Origin: Sphyrna mokarran
Lineage: Eukaryota
Length of the DNA stretch: 64,000 nt
Direction of reading: 5' to 3'
Assembly (NCBI GenBank): GCA_024679065.1
Contig: JAGIQG010000043.1
Coordinates: forward strand, 2,542,001-2,606,000
The notes under the pieces were generated by a model. It saw nothing but the letters and a program-made list of their open reading frames with translations. It searched no databases and was not told the origin of the DNA. A program made the translations under genes and the position numbers. Shown piece by piece: positions 25,438 to 37,300 of this stretch (position 1 is its first letter; the number at the start of each line of letters is the position of its first letter).

Positions 25438-25482
25438 CCATCTGCCATTAGGTTCTGCGTTCTGCAGCCGGGCAGACAGAGT
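25438..25482 (-). pseudogene. Possible decayed pseudo-A terminal exon (TLSARL...)
   Basis: Position and strand fit; TLSARL versus TLYANL; the acceptor reads caa instead of cag. Weak similarity. Confidence 0.3.
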
Positions 25483-25514
25483 TTGAAACATAATAGAAAC
25501 ACTGTTATGATGAA

Positions 25515-25865
25515 TTAAGTAAGAAGTCCTGCAACACCAGGTTAGAGACCAACTAGTTTATTTGATAGTAATCCCACAAGCTTTTGGAAACGGTGTTCCT
25601 TCATCAGGTATGAAGAGGGTTCTGATCAGAGAAGGGCATATAAAGTCACACACAGTTTACAGAATACTGATTAGAATGCAAGCCTTTAGAGCTAACCTGC
25701 GATTCAAATCTTAAAGATGCAGACAATGTGAGAGATAGCATTCGCATAGGTTAAAGAGATGTGTATTGTCTCCATACAGGATAGTAAGTGAGACTTTACA
25801 AGCCCGGGCAAGTACAGATATGCGACATGTTTACCCCAGTTCAATGCCGGCATCTCCACACCATG
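25515..25865 (-). mobile_element. Penelope-like fragment with a degenerate hammerhead
   Basis: Related to 22590-23272; CTGATGA is present but GAAA is mutated. Confidence 0.6.
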
Positions 25866-26447
25866 AACTAAACGATCTTCAGGGCGATGAGAAGGGGAAA
25901 TTCATCCATTCATGTCGTCTCCAGCAGTTAGGTAGACAATTTTGGAACACAATCCTTAATCCTCTTAACCCAACATAAGACCTCTAAAAAGGCTTTCGAA
26001 AATTTCACTTGATGTGCCAATCTCAATGTAATTTATTTTCACAGCGTTAATAGAACGATAGAGCCCTACAGTGTAGAAAGAGGCCCTTCGGTCCATCGAG
26101 TCTGCACCGAACACAATCCTACCTAAGCCCTACCCCCATATCCCTACACATTAAATCCACTTATCCCTCCAACCTATGCATTCCTGGACACTAAGGGACA
26201 ATTTCTTAACACGGCCAATCAACCTAACCCGCACATCTTTGGACTGTGGGAAGTAACCACGGGAAACCTACGTAAACACGAGGAGAATGTTCAAACTCCG
26301 CACATATGGAGTTATAGCAAAGATTTATAGTGTTGTGTGCTAGTATGCACCATGCAAAGTCACACAGGCTCATTTACAACAAGTATGATTCTTCAAGTTA
26401 AAATGGAAATGCCAGAGCCTAATCTCCACATGATAAAAAGCAATTAC

Positions 26448-27089
26448 CACCATTTCCTCTGAATATACTCTATACTTCAACTGATCCTCATCATTGTCCC
26501 TATTACCTGTTAAAAAGAGCAGCGACAACTGATTATAAATTGTCCAATTTCATACTGAACCGACTGCAAATGAAAGTGATCGACAAATTGATTGAGAGCC
26601 TGGCACAGTTACGAAATCCCTGCCAATCTACACCTCTCTGCTGGTACCTGCAGATCTTTCTCCTGGATACAAAAGCCATTCCCAAAAGGATTCCCAGAAG
26701 AACAGCACGTAGCACAGTGATTAGCACTGCTGAGTCACAGCTCCAGGAGCTTGGGTTCGATTCTCGGCTTGGGTCACTGTTTGTGTGGAGTTTGCACATT
26801 ATCCCCGTGTCTGCGTGGGTTTCCTCCGGGTGTTACGGTTTCCTCCCACAGTCCAAAGATGTGCGGGTTAGATTGATTGGCTGTGCTAAAATTGCCCCTT
26901 GGTATCTTGAGATGCATAGGTTAGAGGGATTAGTGAGTAAAGATAGGGGTAGCGCCTAGGTGGGATGGTGATCGGTACAGACTCGATGGGCCGAATGGCC
27001 TCTTTATGTACTGCAGGCTTTCTATGATTCTATGACAAGTGATGCCACTGACAAACACTGAGAAATGAAATGGGCCAGTGAGTGCAAAT
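26448..27089 (-). pseudogene. Pseudo-A 3' part: TM exon (27089-26634) split by a SINE, plus a cytoplasmic exon (26506-26448)
   Basis: DLHSLAHFISQCLSVASLV[SINE]LLGILLGMAFVSRRKICRYQQR versus gene A ...LSVAALLLLGLVLMAGRGICNNQQR; 59-nt exon GNRDNDEDQLKYRVYSEEMV; the intervening intron is also similar. Confidence 0.82.
26704..27033 (+). mobile_element. HE1/V-SINE inserted into the pseudo-A TM exon
   Basis: SINE head, core and tail lie between the two halves of the TM coding sequence. Confidence 0.9.
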
Positions 27090-28923
27090 CTGCAGAACAA
27101 TTATGCAGAATATTTAAGAACAAATCCTGTAAAACCAGCTGATTTCGAGATTAAATGAGATGGAAATTTCCCTTCTCACCCTCCACAAGAATCATACGGG
27201 GTTGGGGATGACTGTTGATTTTGGCTGGAAATTTTTGACCTTGGGGTCGGCGAGCCAGAAAATCCCAGTCAGCCAGAAGTAAAGCTAACGTGGATTCATT
27301 TGTCACAATTAGACTGCCCTTCGATTCTAGTCTTTCGTCCTAATGGAAATATCTTCTCCACGGCCACTCTATCCATGCCTTTTACCATTCTGTAAGTTAC
27401 AATATGATCACCCTTCAGCCTATTAAACTCCATTGAGCATGAAACCAAATGTCCCTCATACGTTCTCTGTGTAAAAAGCTCTGACCTGCACATCTCTACT
27501 GAGCCTTTGTCCCACTTATCGTGAACGTTTGCCTCCTTGTAATTGCCATTTCGTCCCTGAGAAAAAAGGCCTCCTACTAGTGACACTATCTTTGCCACTC
27601 ATGATTCTATAGTCTTCCGTCGCCACTCCGTCTTAACAGGGAGAAAAATCCCAGTTTATTCAACCTCATAGCTAATGCCCTCCATACCAGGAAACATCTT
27701 GGTAACATTTTTCTGTACTCTCTACAAAGCCTCCACATCCTTTTGGTAGCGTGGCGGCCAAAATTGCACATAGTATTCCAAATGTGGCCGAACCAACGTT
27801 TTATATACTGTAACATAATTTGCCTACTTTTATACTCGATGCCCTGGCCAATGAAGAGCAGCATGCCATATGCTTTTATTTTGCCACTTCTGCCATTTGT
27901 GCAGCCACACTTACAAATGCGTGGATCTTTGTGATAGATTTCTGGGAAACAAGGGAATTAAGGGTTAAGTAGATTTGTGTTATTAAGGTTATAATATTCA
28001 GGGCTCTATAGATTTCTGATAGACAAAGGAATTAAGGGTCATGGGGAGAAAGCAGGAAAGTGGAACTGATCTATTTCAGATCTTATTGAATGGCAGAGTA
28101 GGCTCAAAGAGCTAGATGGCCTACTCCTGCTCCTATTTCTTATGTTCTTATAACCTGTATGTCCAAATCACCTGATGTGTCTATACCTTGCATGTTCTGT
28201 CATTTACTTTGCAGCTCCCACTTGAATTGAATCGACTAAAATGCATCACTTCATACTTCCGTTCTGAATCCACTTAGGAATTTCACCCCTGATTCTGTGT
28301 GATTTAACCTCCTGCACCAATCTGCCATGTGGAACCTTCTGAAATATCGGAACATCCAAGCGAACTGACAGTCGGAGGGCTCTTGTCGGTGACGATCCCC
28401 TAGGAATTCTGATCCAACTGCTACTGATGCAGAAGTAAAACCATACGTACCTGGAGGGAATGTCTATAATATTCGTGCAACTGCAACGCCATTCTGGAGG
28501 AGTCCACAGCAGTGCATGCAATCCAAACTGACACTGCAGGAGGAGTTACCGAAGTGGAGAGTCTTGGGCAAGTGGAACATCCAATAACCAATGATGAGTA
28601 AGGCCTGATCACAGTCTGCCTTCATTGCTGAGGGCCAAAACAACGTGTCCAGCATTCTAACTGGCAGATCGCAGGCCCAGACCACATTGCAGAAGTGTTA
28701 AGGAGCTTAACCCCCTCCTCACCCTCTATACCTGTGTAGCAGCCTCCGAGTCGTCCGACTCCAGCCCCTTCGGTGCAAAGTCATGCTTGGCCTGGCCTTG
28801 GCGCTCAAGCAAACTCCTGATTTCCACAACATCAGTGACCTCCAGAACCATTGCCACCTGGAATGGCTGCAATCCAAAATCCATCATCAGTTTTTATGGA
28901 CATAGAAGGGAGAGAGTGAGTGA

Positions 28924-29072
28924 NNNNNNNNNNNNNNNNNNNNNNNNNNNNNNNNNNNNNNNNNNNNNNNNNNNNNNNNNNNNNNNNNNNNNNNNNNNNN
29001 NNNNNNNNNNNNNNNNNNNNNNNNNNNNNNNNNNNNNNNNNNNNNNNNNNNNNNNNNNNNNNNNNNNNNNNN
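28924..29072. other. Assembly gap (149 N), flanked by GA-rich sequence
   Basis: Run of N. Confidence 1.
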
Positions 29073-29534
29073 GAAAGAGAGGAAGACAGGGAGAGAATTT
29101 GCAATCTTGCCAATCATTGAACTCTGACGCCTTCCTCCATCCCGATCTGATGTAATGATTGGAGGTCGGCTATCCTTCAACATTCCCTCAATGCAATCAT
29201 GCTTTACAGCAAGTACTCTCTACACCATCCAGCTTCTATGGTGAGACCTTGGCCCACTTGCCCCCTCTTCTCGCATTATACCCTTCTGTCCCCATCATAT
29301 CTCCCTTCACAATAGTATGGAATTCCTTTGCATGTGCTGAAAGTGCATAAGGCAAAAGATTAGCTTTAGTACTGGATGTGAACGTCAGGGTAAGTTGTGT
29401 TGCATTGAGTGACACTGGCAATGGATCGAATCTGAGTTGCCCTCGTGCTCTTTGTTGCGACCCAGCAAGTTTCTGGGGGCATTCATATCATCCAGTGAGT
29501 TCTGGATAAGAGAGGAAGGAACAGCTGACATTAC

Positions 29535-30992
29535 GTGAGGGGGTTCGTGGACCAGTTGAGGGAAATATCCATACGGAGGGAGGAAGTGTTAGAGCTTCTA
29601 GGTAGCATTAAAACTAATAAATCTACGGGGCATGATGGCATTTATCCCAGGCTGCTTAGGGTAGTGCGAGGTGAAATTGTTGGGCCTCTAACGCAAATCT
29701 TTGTCTCTTCCTTGGACACAGGTGAGGTCCCAGAGGACTGGAGAATAGCTAAAGTTGTACCGTTGTTTAAAAAGGGTTGTAGGGATAACCCTGGAAATTA
29801 TAGGCCGGTGAGTTTGACGTTAGTGGTAGGGAAGCAGTTGGAGGAGATTCTTAGAGATAGGATGTATAGGCATTAGAGCTTTGCGATCTGATTAGGGATA
29901 CGCAGCATGGATTTGTTAAGGGTAGGTCGTGCCTTACAAATCTGGTAGAATTTTTTGAGGAGGTGACGAAAACGGTGGACGAAGGGCGAGCCGTTGATGT
30001 CGTCTATATGGATTTTAGTAAGGGGTTTGACAAAGTCCCTCTTGGGACGTTAGTTGAGAAGGTCGAGGCTCATGGGATACAAGGACAGGTAGCTAGATAG
30101 ATAAGTAATTGGCTTAGTCAGAGGAGACAGACAGTAATAGTGGAAGGGTGTTTGTCTAGCTGGATTTTGGTCACCAGTGGTGTGCCGCAGGGCTTCGTAC
30201 TGGGAGCTCTTCTGTTTGTAATATATATAAATGACTTGGAAGAGGGATAAGTGGAGTGATCAGCAAGTTTGCCGACAATACAAAGATGGCTGGACTTGCG
30301 GATAGTGAGGAGCATTGTCAAGCGATGCAGCAGGACATAGATAGGCTGGTAGATTGGGCAGACAGATGGCAGATGGAATTCAATCCTGATAAATCTGAGG
30401 TGATGCATTTCGGGAGAAAGTATGTAGTGGGGAGGTATATGATAAAGAGTAGACGTATTAAAAGGATAGAAACGCAGTGGGACCTGGGGGTGCAGGAGAA
30501 CAAGACTCTGAATGTGGCAGAGCAAGTGGAGAAGGTTGTGAAGAAAGCATATAGTATGTTAGCCTTTATAGGAAGGGGTATAGAGTACAAGAGCTGGCCT
30601 TCAATGTTGCAGTTGTATAAAACGTTGGTTAGACTGATTTGGAATACTGCGTCCAGTTCTGGTCGCCCTACTACTGGAAGGACGTGGAGACTCTGGAAAG
30701 AGTGCAGGAGAAGTTTACCAGGATGCTGCCTGGTATGGAAGGTCTGAGTTACGAGGAGGGATTAGGCAAATCGGGACGGTTTTCCTTGGAAAGACATAGA
30801 CTTAGAGGAGATCTAATAGAGGTGTACAAAATTATAGATAGAGTAAACAGGGTTAAGCTTATTCCTAAGATGGACTCGAATAGCCCGAGGGGTCACGGGC
30901 TTAGGGTGAGGGGGGTAATGTATAATTCAGATGCTAGAGGGAGTTTTTTCACACAGAGGGTGGTGGGGCTATGGAATGCGCTGCCAAGTAAA
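29535..30992 (+). mobile_element. CR1 RT region, degraded
   Basis: NYRPVSL, FADN and LEYC motifs with stops and frameshifts. Confidence 0.93.
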
Positions 30993-32729
30993 GGATTACC
31001 TGTAGGCATTTCTTCCAGCTGCTGTTGGGGAGCCTTGCATGAACTCATCCTTCCCCTTCCTCTCCCTGATCTGGTGTGGTAGTGCGAATGAAGAGAGTTC
31101 CAGAAGTTGTTACAAGCATCCAACACACAGTTAAAGTTTGACAGCTGTGACATTATCCATTTAAGAGTATTTTTTTAAATCAACATCTCTGCTGCTCTCA
31201 CAGTCAGTATTTCTCAGTTCGCAGTCTTAGGTGATATCATGGATGGGAGGACAACAAATATCTGTGTGTTGGTCAGGTGACAAGGGTTTTTTTTTAAACT
31301 TGTTTTGGCTGCTGTGTTAGAAGGAAAGTTGAATCAAATCTCTGTTTTATTTTGAAAGTTTTGCAAGTTAGCTGAAGGCACATCTTGTTTGCCATCCTAC
31401 GGTAAGGAATCTTGGTTTCGGGGAGTTGATGACCACAAGCTGCTCAGAGTTTTCAAGATCATTTGAAATTAGCATTCAACCAAGGGAGCAAGCAATCAAG
31501 TAGTCTTTAGCCTGTGCAGGGATAAATCTATTTATTGTGTTTTGCTTATTGGACATTGTTTTCGATTGGAACATCTGACACACATTCGCTAAGTGTTATT
31601 CATTATTGTGGTTGTATTATTTTTGTTTCTAATTGCTAAAAGTGCTTGTTATTTTTCTTACTATACATGTTAACATTATTCTTAAATAGATTTTGTTTGG
31701 CAAAAGCTCCCTAGTGGGTCACTTGGATTATGCCTGAAGTGAAGCATCTCCTCTTATCCTCACTAAATTAAAGATGGAAAGCTTGTGATTCAGAGGTCCT
31801 CATAAAGCCTGAACCAGAAGAATATAGAAAGATCCTGGGTCCGTGATAATTTCTTTTACAGTGGTGTCATGCATTTATTTCTCACCCTTAACTACTGAGA
31901 GCAATTGAGAGTTCAGAACATTGTTCTGGCTCTGGAGTCACATGCAGGTCAAATCAGGTAAGGACGGCAGATTTTCTTTCCTAATACATACGAATGATCC
32001 CGATGAGTTCTTCCTGAAAATCGTTTAATGATAACCAGTGAATTAATTCCAGACATGTTTTATTGAATTCAAACTCCACTGTCTGCCGTAGTAGGATTTG
32101 GACCCGGATTCCCAGAACATGAAAAGAGTTTGTTGATAGCATAGCAATAATACTACTGGACTATCGCCCCCTCTAACCCCCCACCACACCCCCGCCCCTC
32201 CATAATTAATTGGACGTGGTGGAAATGATGAACAGTGAAGGTTCCTTATAGAAGAGCATGTGAACTTTTGGTGGAAGCTGGTCTGCACTGATTGCTGTGA
32301 GCTGTGCCAACTTCCAACACTGACATATGGTCCAAAGGGAGAGGGGGTCCTAGGTCAGCGACATTCGCTGTGTGTGAGCGGATTTGGGATAGGCTTGGAC
32401 TGAGTTACCACTGTCAGCATGAGGACAGAATTATGTCATACTGTGAGAGGTTAACAGACCTAGGTTTACAGCAATCCAGATATCCTTGGGGCGCGGTCTC
32501 CACGGTGTCAGAAAGTCAGAATTCAGATTAGACACAGAGAGAAGCCTGCACTTTAAATATAGGGCAAATGATGTGGATTAGGTTCACTGCAACGCTTCAA
32601 ATAAGCTAAAGGAGTAGTAAAGGAAGGCTTCTCAATGATAGGGAAACCCATGACGTCATCCCCTTCATTCCAAGTCCAGTTGGCTCCATTGAGTCAGGTT
32701 CACCCCTCAAGCAAGGTTAGAAAATTAAC

Positions 32730-33297
32730 ACTCATGCAGCTCTGTAAGTCCCTTGTCAGGCCCTACTGGGAGTATTGCGTGCAGTTCTGGTCACCTCACT
32801 ATAGGAAGGACGTAGAGGCTATTGAGAGGGTGCAGAGGAGATTTACAAGGATGCTGCCTGGATTGGGAGGCAGGCCTTATGAGGATAGGTTGAGGGAGCT
32901 GGGACTCTTCTCACTGGAGAGACGTAGGTTGAGAGGCGACCTGATAGAGGTTTATAAAATGTTGAGAGGAATAGATAGGGTGGACTCTCAGAGACTATTT
33001 CCCCGAGCTGAAATGGTCACTACGAGAGGACACAGATTTAAGGTGCAGGGAAGCAAATACAGAGGGGATGTTAGGCCGAAGTTTTTCACTCAGAAGATGG
33101 TGAGTGAATGAAATCAGTTGTCGTCGGAGGTTGCTGAGGCAAACTCGCTGGGGTCTTTTAAAAGACTTATGGATGAGTATATGGAAACGAATGGGATAGG
33201 GGAATATAGATAGGTCTGTGGATTGGTAGATGTGATCGGCGCAACTTGTGGGCCGAAGGGCCTGTTTGTGCTGTACTGTTCTATGTTCTATGTTCTA
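32730..33297 (+). mobile_element. CR1 3' fragment (same subfamily as 155-3080)
   Basis: Near-identical C-terminal peptide and tail. Confidence 0.92.
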
Positions 33298-34310
33298 TCT
33301 CCTAGCTCTCCCTCGGATGACTTGCAGTCAGGCCCTCACTTGCCAAGAGTGACACCAAATTACATTAGAGTGACATCTGACAGGGAATATCACTTAGCCA
33401 CTGGATCTGGGGTCGAGGTTGATTCTCGGTGTGTGTCACTGCCTATGGGGAGTTTGCAAGTTCTCCCCGTCTATGGGTTACTTCCGGGATCTCCGGCTTC
33501 CTCCCACAGTACGAAAGGCATGCTGGTTATGTGCATTGGCCATGCAAACGGCTCCCTCAATGCACCGAAACAGTGTGGCAATTAGAGATTTTCGCAGTAA
33601 CTTTATTGCAGTATTACTGTAAGCCTACTTGTGATGAAAATTATGAATAAACTTCAATAAATAAATACGATTTCAGTCAAAGTGTTTGCATCATTATTGC
33701 GTAGTCGCATGCTTTGGTTCAGAACCCAATATAGGCAGGAGAGGCAGCTCTGATGAATCCCGAGAACCCTCACGCCCATCAGGAATCCTGACATTCCACC
33801 TTTCACTGGGGCAGCGTGATTCGCTGCTGCTCACTGAAGAGGGCAGAAAGTCGCCCCCCTACTGCTAAGGCGGTGGAATGCACCAGCCATGGAATCTCAT
33901 TGGATTAAAATTTGAAAATAAAAAGAGATTCCAGTTTCATGTACATTATATTTAATTATAACGTGATTATTGGTCAAGAGAAACAATTGGTGCGTGATTA
34001 TAATTGGAGAATAACATTTTATTTACATAGTGAAATTTTGAAACAATTAACAATCGCATCAGTAACTGGAATTAGAAAATGTTCAGAAACAAAGACAGGG
34101 AAGTCCCTGGTGTGACATATAGTAGACTATTTTTCACAATGCTGAAGAAAGCTCGTTAAACATTTGACAAAATGAGTCAGTCTTTCTAATCTATGGCCAA
34201 TATGCGACGAGAGCTTAGCTGTTTGGCGGGATTATATTTGCTCCCGTGTTGGCATATATTAGTAATTCCAATCTCCTGTGAGATACATCACAGACAAATC
34301 ACTCCAATTC

Positions 34311-34388
34311 TCATTTCAGGTTCTTCTTCTTTGATCTTTTTTCCAATGCAGCCAAATCCAGGGGGGCGTAGAGAAGTCCACCTTGAAC
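34311..34388 (-). CDS. Gene B terminal exon with ITIM (LLYAPL)
   Basis: tttcccag acceptor; [25 protein letters not shown]; AATAAA at 34023-34018. Confidence 0.72.
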   Translation of the reverse strand, partial: VQGGLLYAPLDLAALEKRSKKKNLK

Positions 34389-37300
34389 CTGGGAAATATA
34401 CTCAACAGTTATTATCGAGATGGTTAAAATAATGTTTTTGAACATAGAACATAGAACATTACAGCACAGAACAGGCCCTTCGGCCTTCGATGTTGTGCCG
34501 ACCAAAATAAAAAGCAATGCCCCTCCAAACTAAACCATTCCCTTCTCTTCCAGATACTTATCAATTAACCTCTTAAACGCCACCAAACTTGGCGCATCTA
34601 CAACAGCTGCATGCAGGGCATTCCACTCCCTAATCACTCTTTGAGTAAAGAAACTACCTCTGATATCCGTCCTATAACTCATACCCCTTAATTTAAAGTT
34701 GTGTCCCCTCGTGCTAGCTTTCTCCATCCTAGGAAAAAGGCTATCACTGTCCACCCTATCCAAACCTCTAATCATCTTCTATGCTTCAATAAGCTCCCCC
34801 CTTAGCCGCCTCCTTTCTAACGAAAACAACCTCAAATCCTTCAACCTCTCTTCATAGGACCTGCCATCCATACCAGGCAACATCCTAGTAAACCTCCTCT
34901 GTACCCTCTCCAATGCCTCCACATCTTTCTTATAATGTGGGGACCAGAACTGCACACAATACTCCAAGTGCGGCCGCACTAGAGTTTGGTACAGTTGCAA
35001 CATGATGCTGCGGCTCCTAAATTCAATCCCCCTACCAATAAAAGCTAAGACTCCATATGCCTTCTTAACAACTTTATCCACTTGACTGCCTACTTTCAGG
35101 GATCTATTGACACATACACCAAGATCCTTCTGTTCCTCAACACTATTAAGAGCCCTACCATTAGCCCTCTACTCTACTATACTATACTCTATAATTAATT
35201 TTGCCCCCAAAATTAATTCTAATGCATTTTATCACAAGTGGTTCAATGCACTCACCTGAATTCCATGCTGTGCTGTTAAGTTTGCTTTTGTTGATGACGA
35301 TTCTCTGTATGTAAATTTCACAATTATGAATTGAAATATCACCCTATCTATATGATCTAAAATTACATCAAACCACAGTGTGCCAATGGCTACCGATATT
35401 TCAGCAGTTTAAATTTTATTTAATAGTGTTACATGTGGGTTCATATTAACACTGCAATGAAATTACTGTGAAAATCGTCGCAGTCCCGCCTCTTGTTCAC
35501 CGGCACTGAGGGAGAATTAGCATCACAAATGCACTGAGCCAACACATTTTTCGGACTGTGGAGGAAACTGGAGCATCCGGAGGGAACCCATGCAGACACA
35601 TGCAGAACGTGCAGACAGACTCTGCGCAGGTATTGACCCAATCCGGGAATTAAATACGGATCTTTCACGTTGTGAGGCAGCAGTGTGAACTTCTGTGCCG
35701 CCTCTGTACTGATAGGTCGCAATCATTAACACAAAGCCTATTAGATTTCGACAGATCTCCCACTACACTTCAAAGCCAGTGAGATCTAGTTCTGGAGGCG
35801 AAGGGGATCAAAGGATCTGGGAGGAAGGCGCTGTGAAGCTATTCAGTTGGTTGATCATCCATGACTATAATGAATAGAACAGCAGAATCAAAGAACAGGA
35901 TGGCCTCCTCCTGCTCTTATTTGTATTGTCTATGTTATGTGGCAAATGCTTGGATGGGGAAAACCTCACACCAGCACTTGTCACTTATTGCCCAGGTGAT
36001 ATATCACTACCTGTATTAATATCAACAATTTTCCCTTCATTGAAACTAACAGGTACAAGAGTGATTGTTGATCTTGCTGACGGTCATTAGCATACAATGT
36101 GGGCATAATTAACATACTTTGAGGCGAATTTAATGAAATAAAGAAGGGGCAGCCATTCCCTGGTTCATCCTTCGGGCCAATGCCCTTACCAATCAGTCAA
36201 CTGACCTATTTCTTTATTTTTTTTTTCAACATGCAATAAATAAAAGACATGGTATGTTAGTTTTCATAGCGGTAGGATTTGAATATAGGAATGGAATATT
36301 TTTACTGGAATTGTATAGGGCGTTCGTGAGGAGTATTGTGAGCAGTTTTGATATCCTTATCTGAGGTATGAGATTCCCGTTGTAGAGAGAAAACAGAGGA
36401 TTCCTGGGATGGCAGGGCTGTTATATGAGGAGAGACTAAGGCAGTTAATGTTATATTCACTGGAGTTTAGAAGAGTGAGATGGGATCTCATAGAAGCTCA
36501 TAAAATTCTTACAGGATTCGACAGAGTAGACTGAGAAAAGAAATTCCAGATGGAGAAGGAGTCCAAAGCAAGGGGTGATAGATTGGGGCACGCGGGAAGC
36601 GTTTTGGAAATGAGGTGAAATGAATATGTGGAATTAACTGTCACAGAAATTAGTTGAGGACATAAAATTGTTCAATTTCAAGAAGTAATTAGATATAGCT
36701 CATAAGGCTGAAGAGATCAGAAGATATAGGGGCAAGGGGGAAATCGGGAAATTGAATTTGATGGTTAGCCAGAGCAGGTCCGAAGGGCCGTTTGGCGTAC
36801 ACTGCCTTCCTGTTTCAATGTTAGCAAATGCATGCAGGTAACTGACAATCATCAGTTAACTCAGCATTTTCCATACAAGGACTAAAACCAATTAGATTCC
36901 TTTTGCTAACAGGGCAACAGTCTTCTCAGGAAGAATGCACAATTGTTCTCTGTATAACTGCTATTCTTGTGTTTTTTTTTTTGCAGAGATACAAGGCCAA
37001 AAGCCTCGTTGATATGTTTCTTTTTTCTTGCAAATTTCAAGTAGTGCAGTCATTTAAATTTTCTTTCAAATATGCTTTGGCAGTTAACTGTCTGTGCATT
37101 TTCCACAGGAACGCCAATATCAATCAACTTCCACTTTAATTCTTTCAATCTGACACTTCTTTTCCACCAACATATCAAGGAAACTTACTCGTTTGTCGCT
37201 CTTTACGTCCCTCTCGTTGCTTTCTCTCATTCAAGCTAAAATTGGATGAGGGAAAAGAAACCAAAAACCAATGTTAGATCTTAGATGTTCTACCTCAGGC

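Noticed and set aside
33851-33866. CTCF-like site downstream of gene B
   Set aside because: An extra G breaks the core spacing, and there is no other support.
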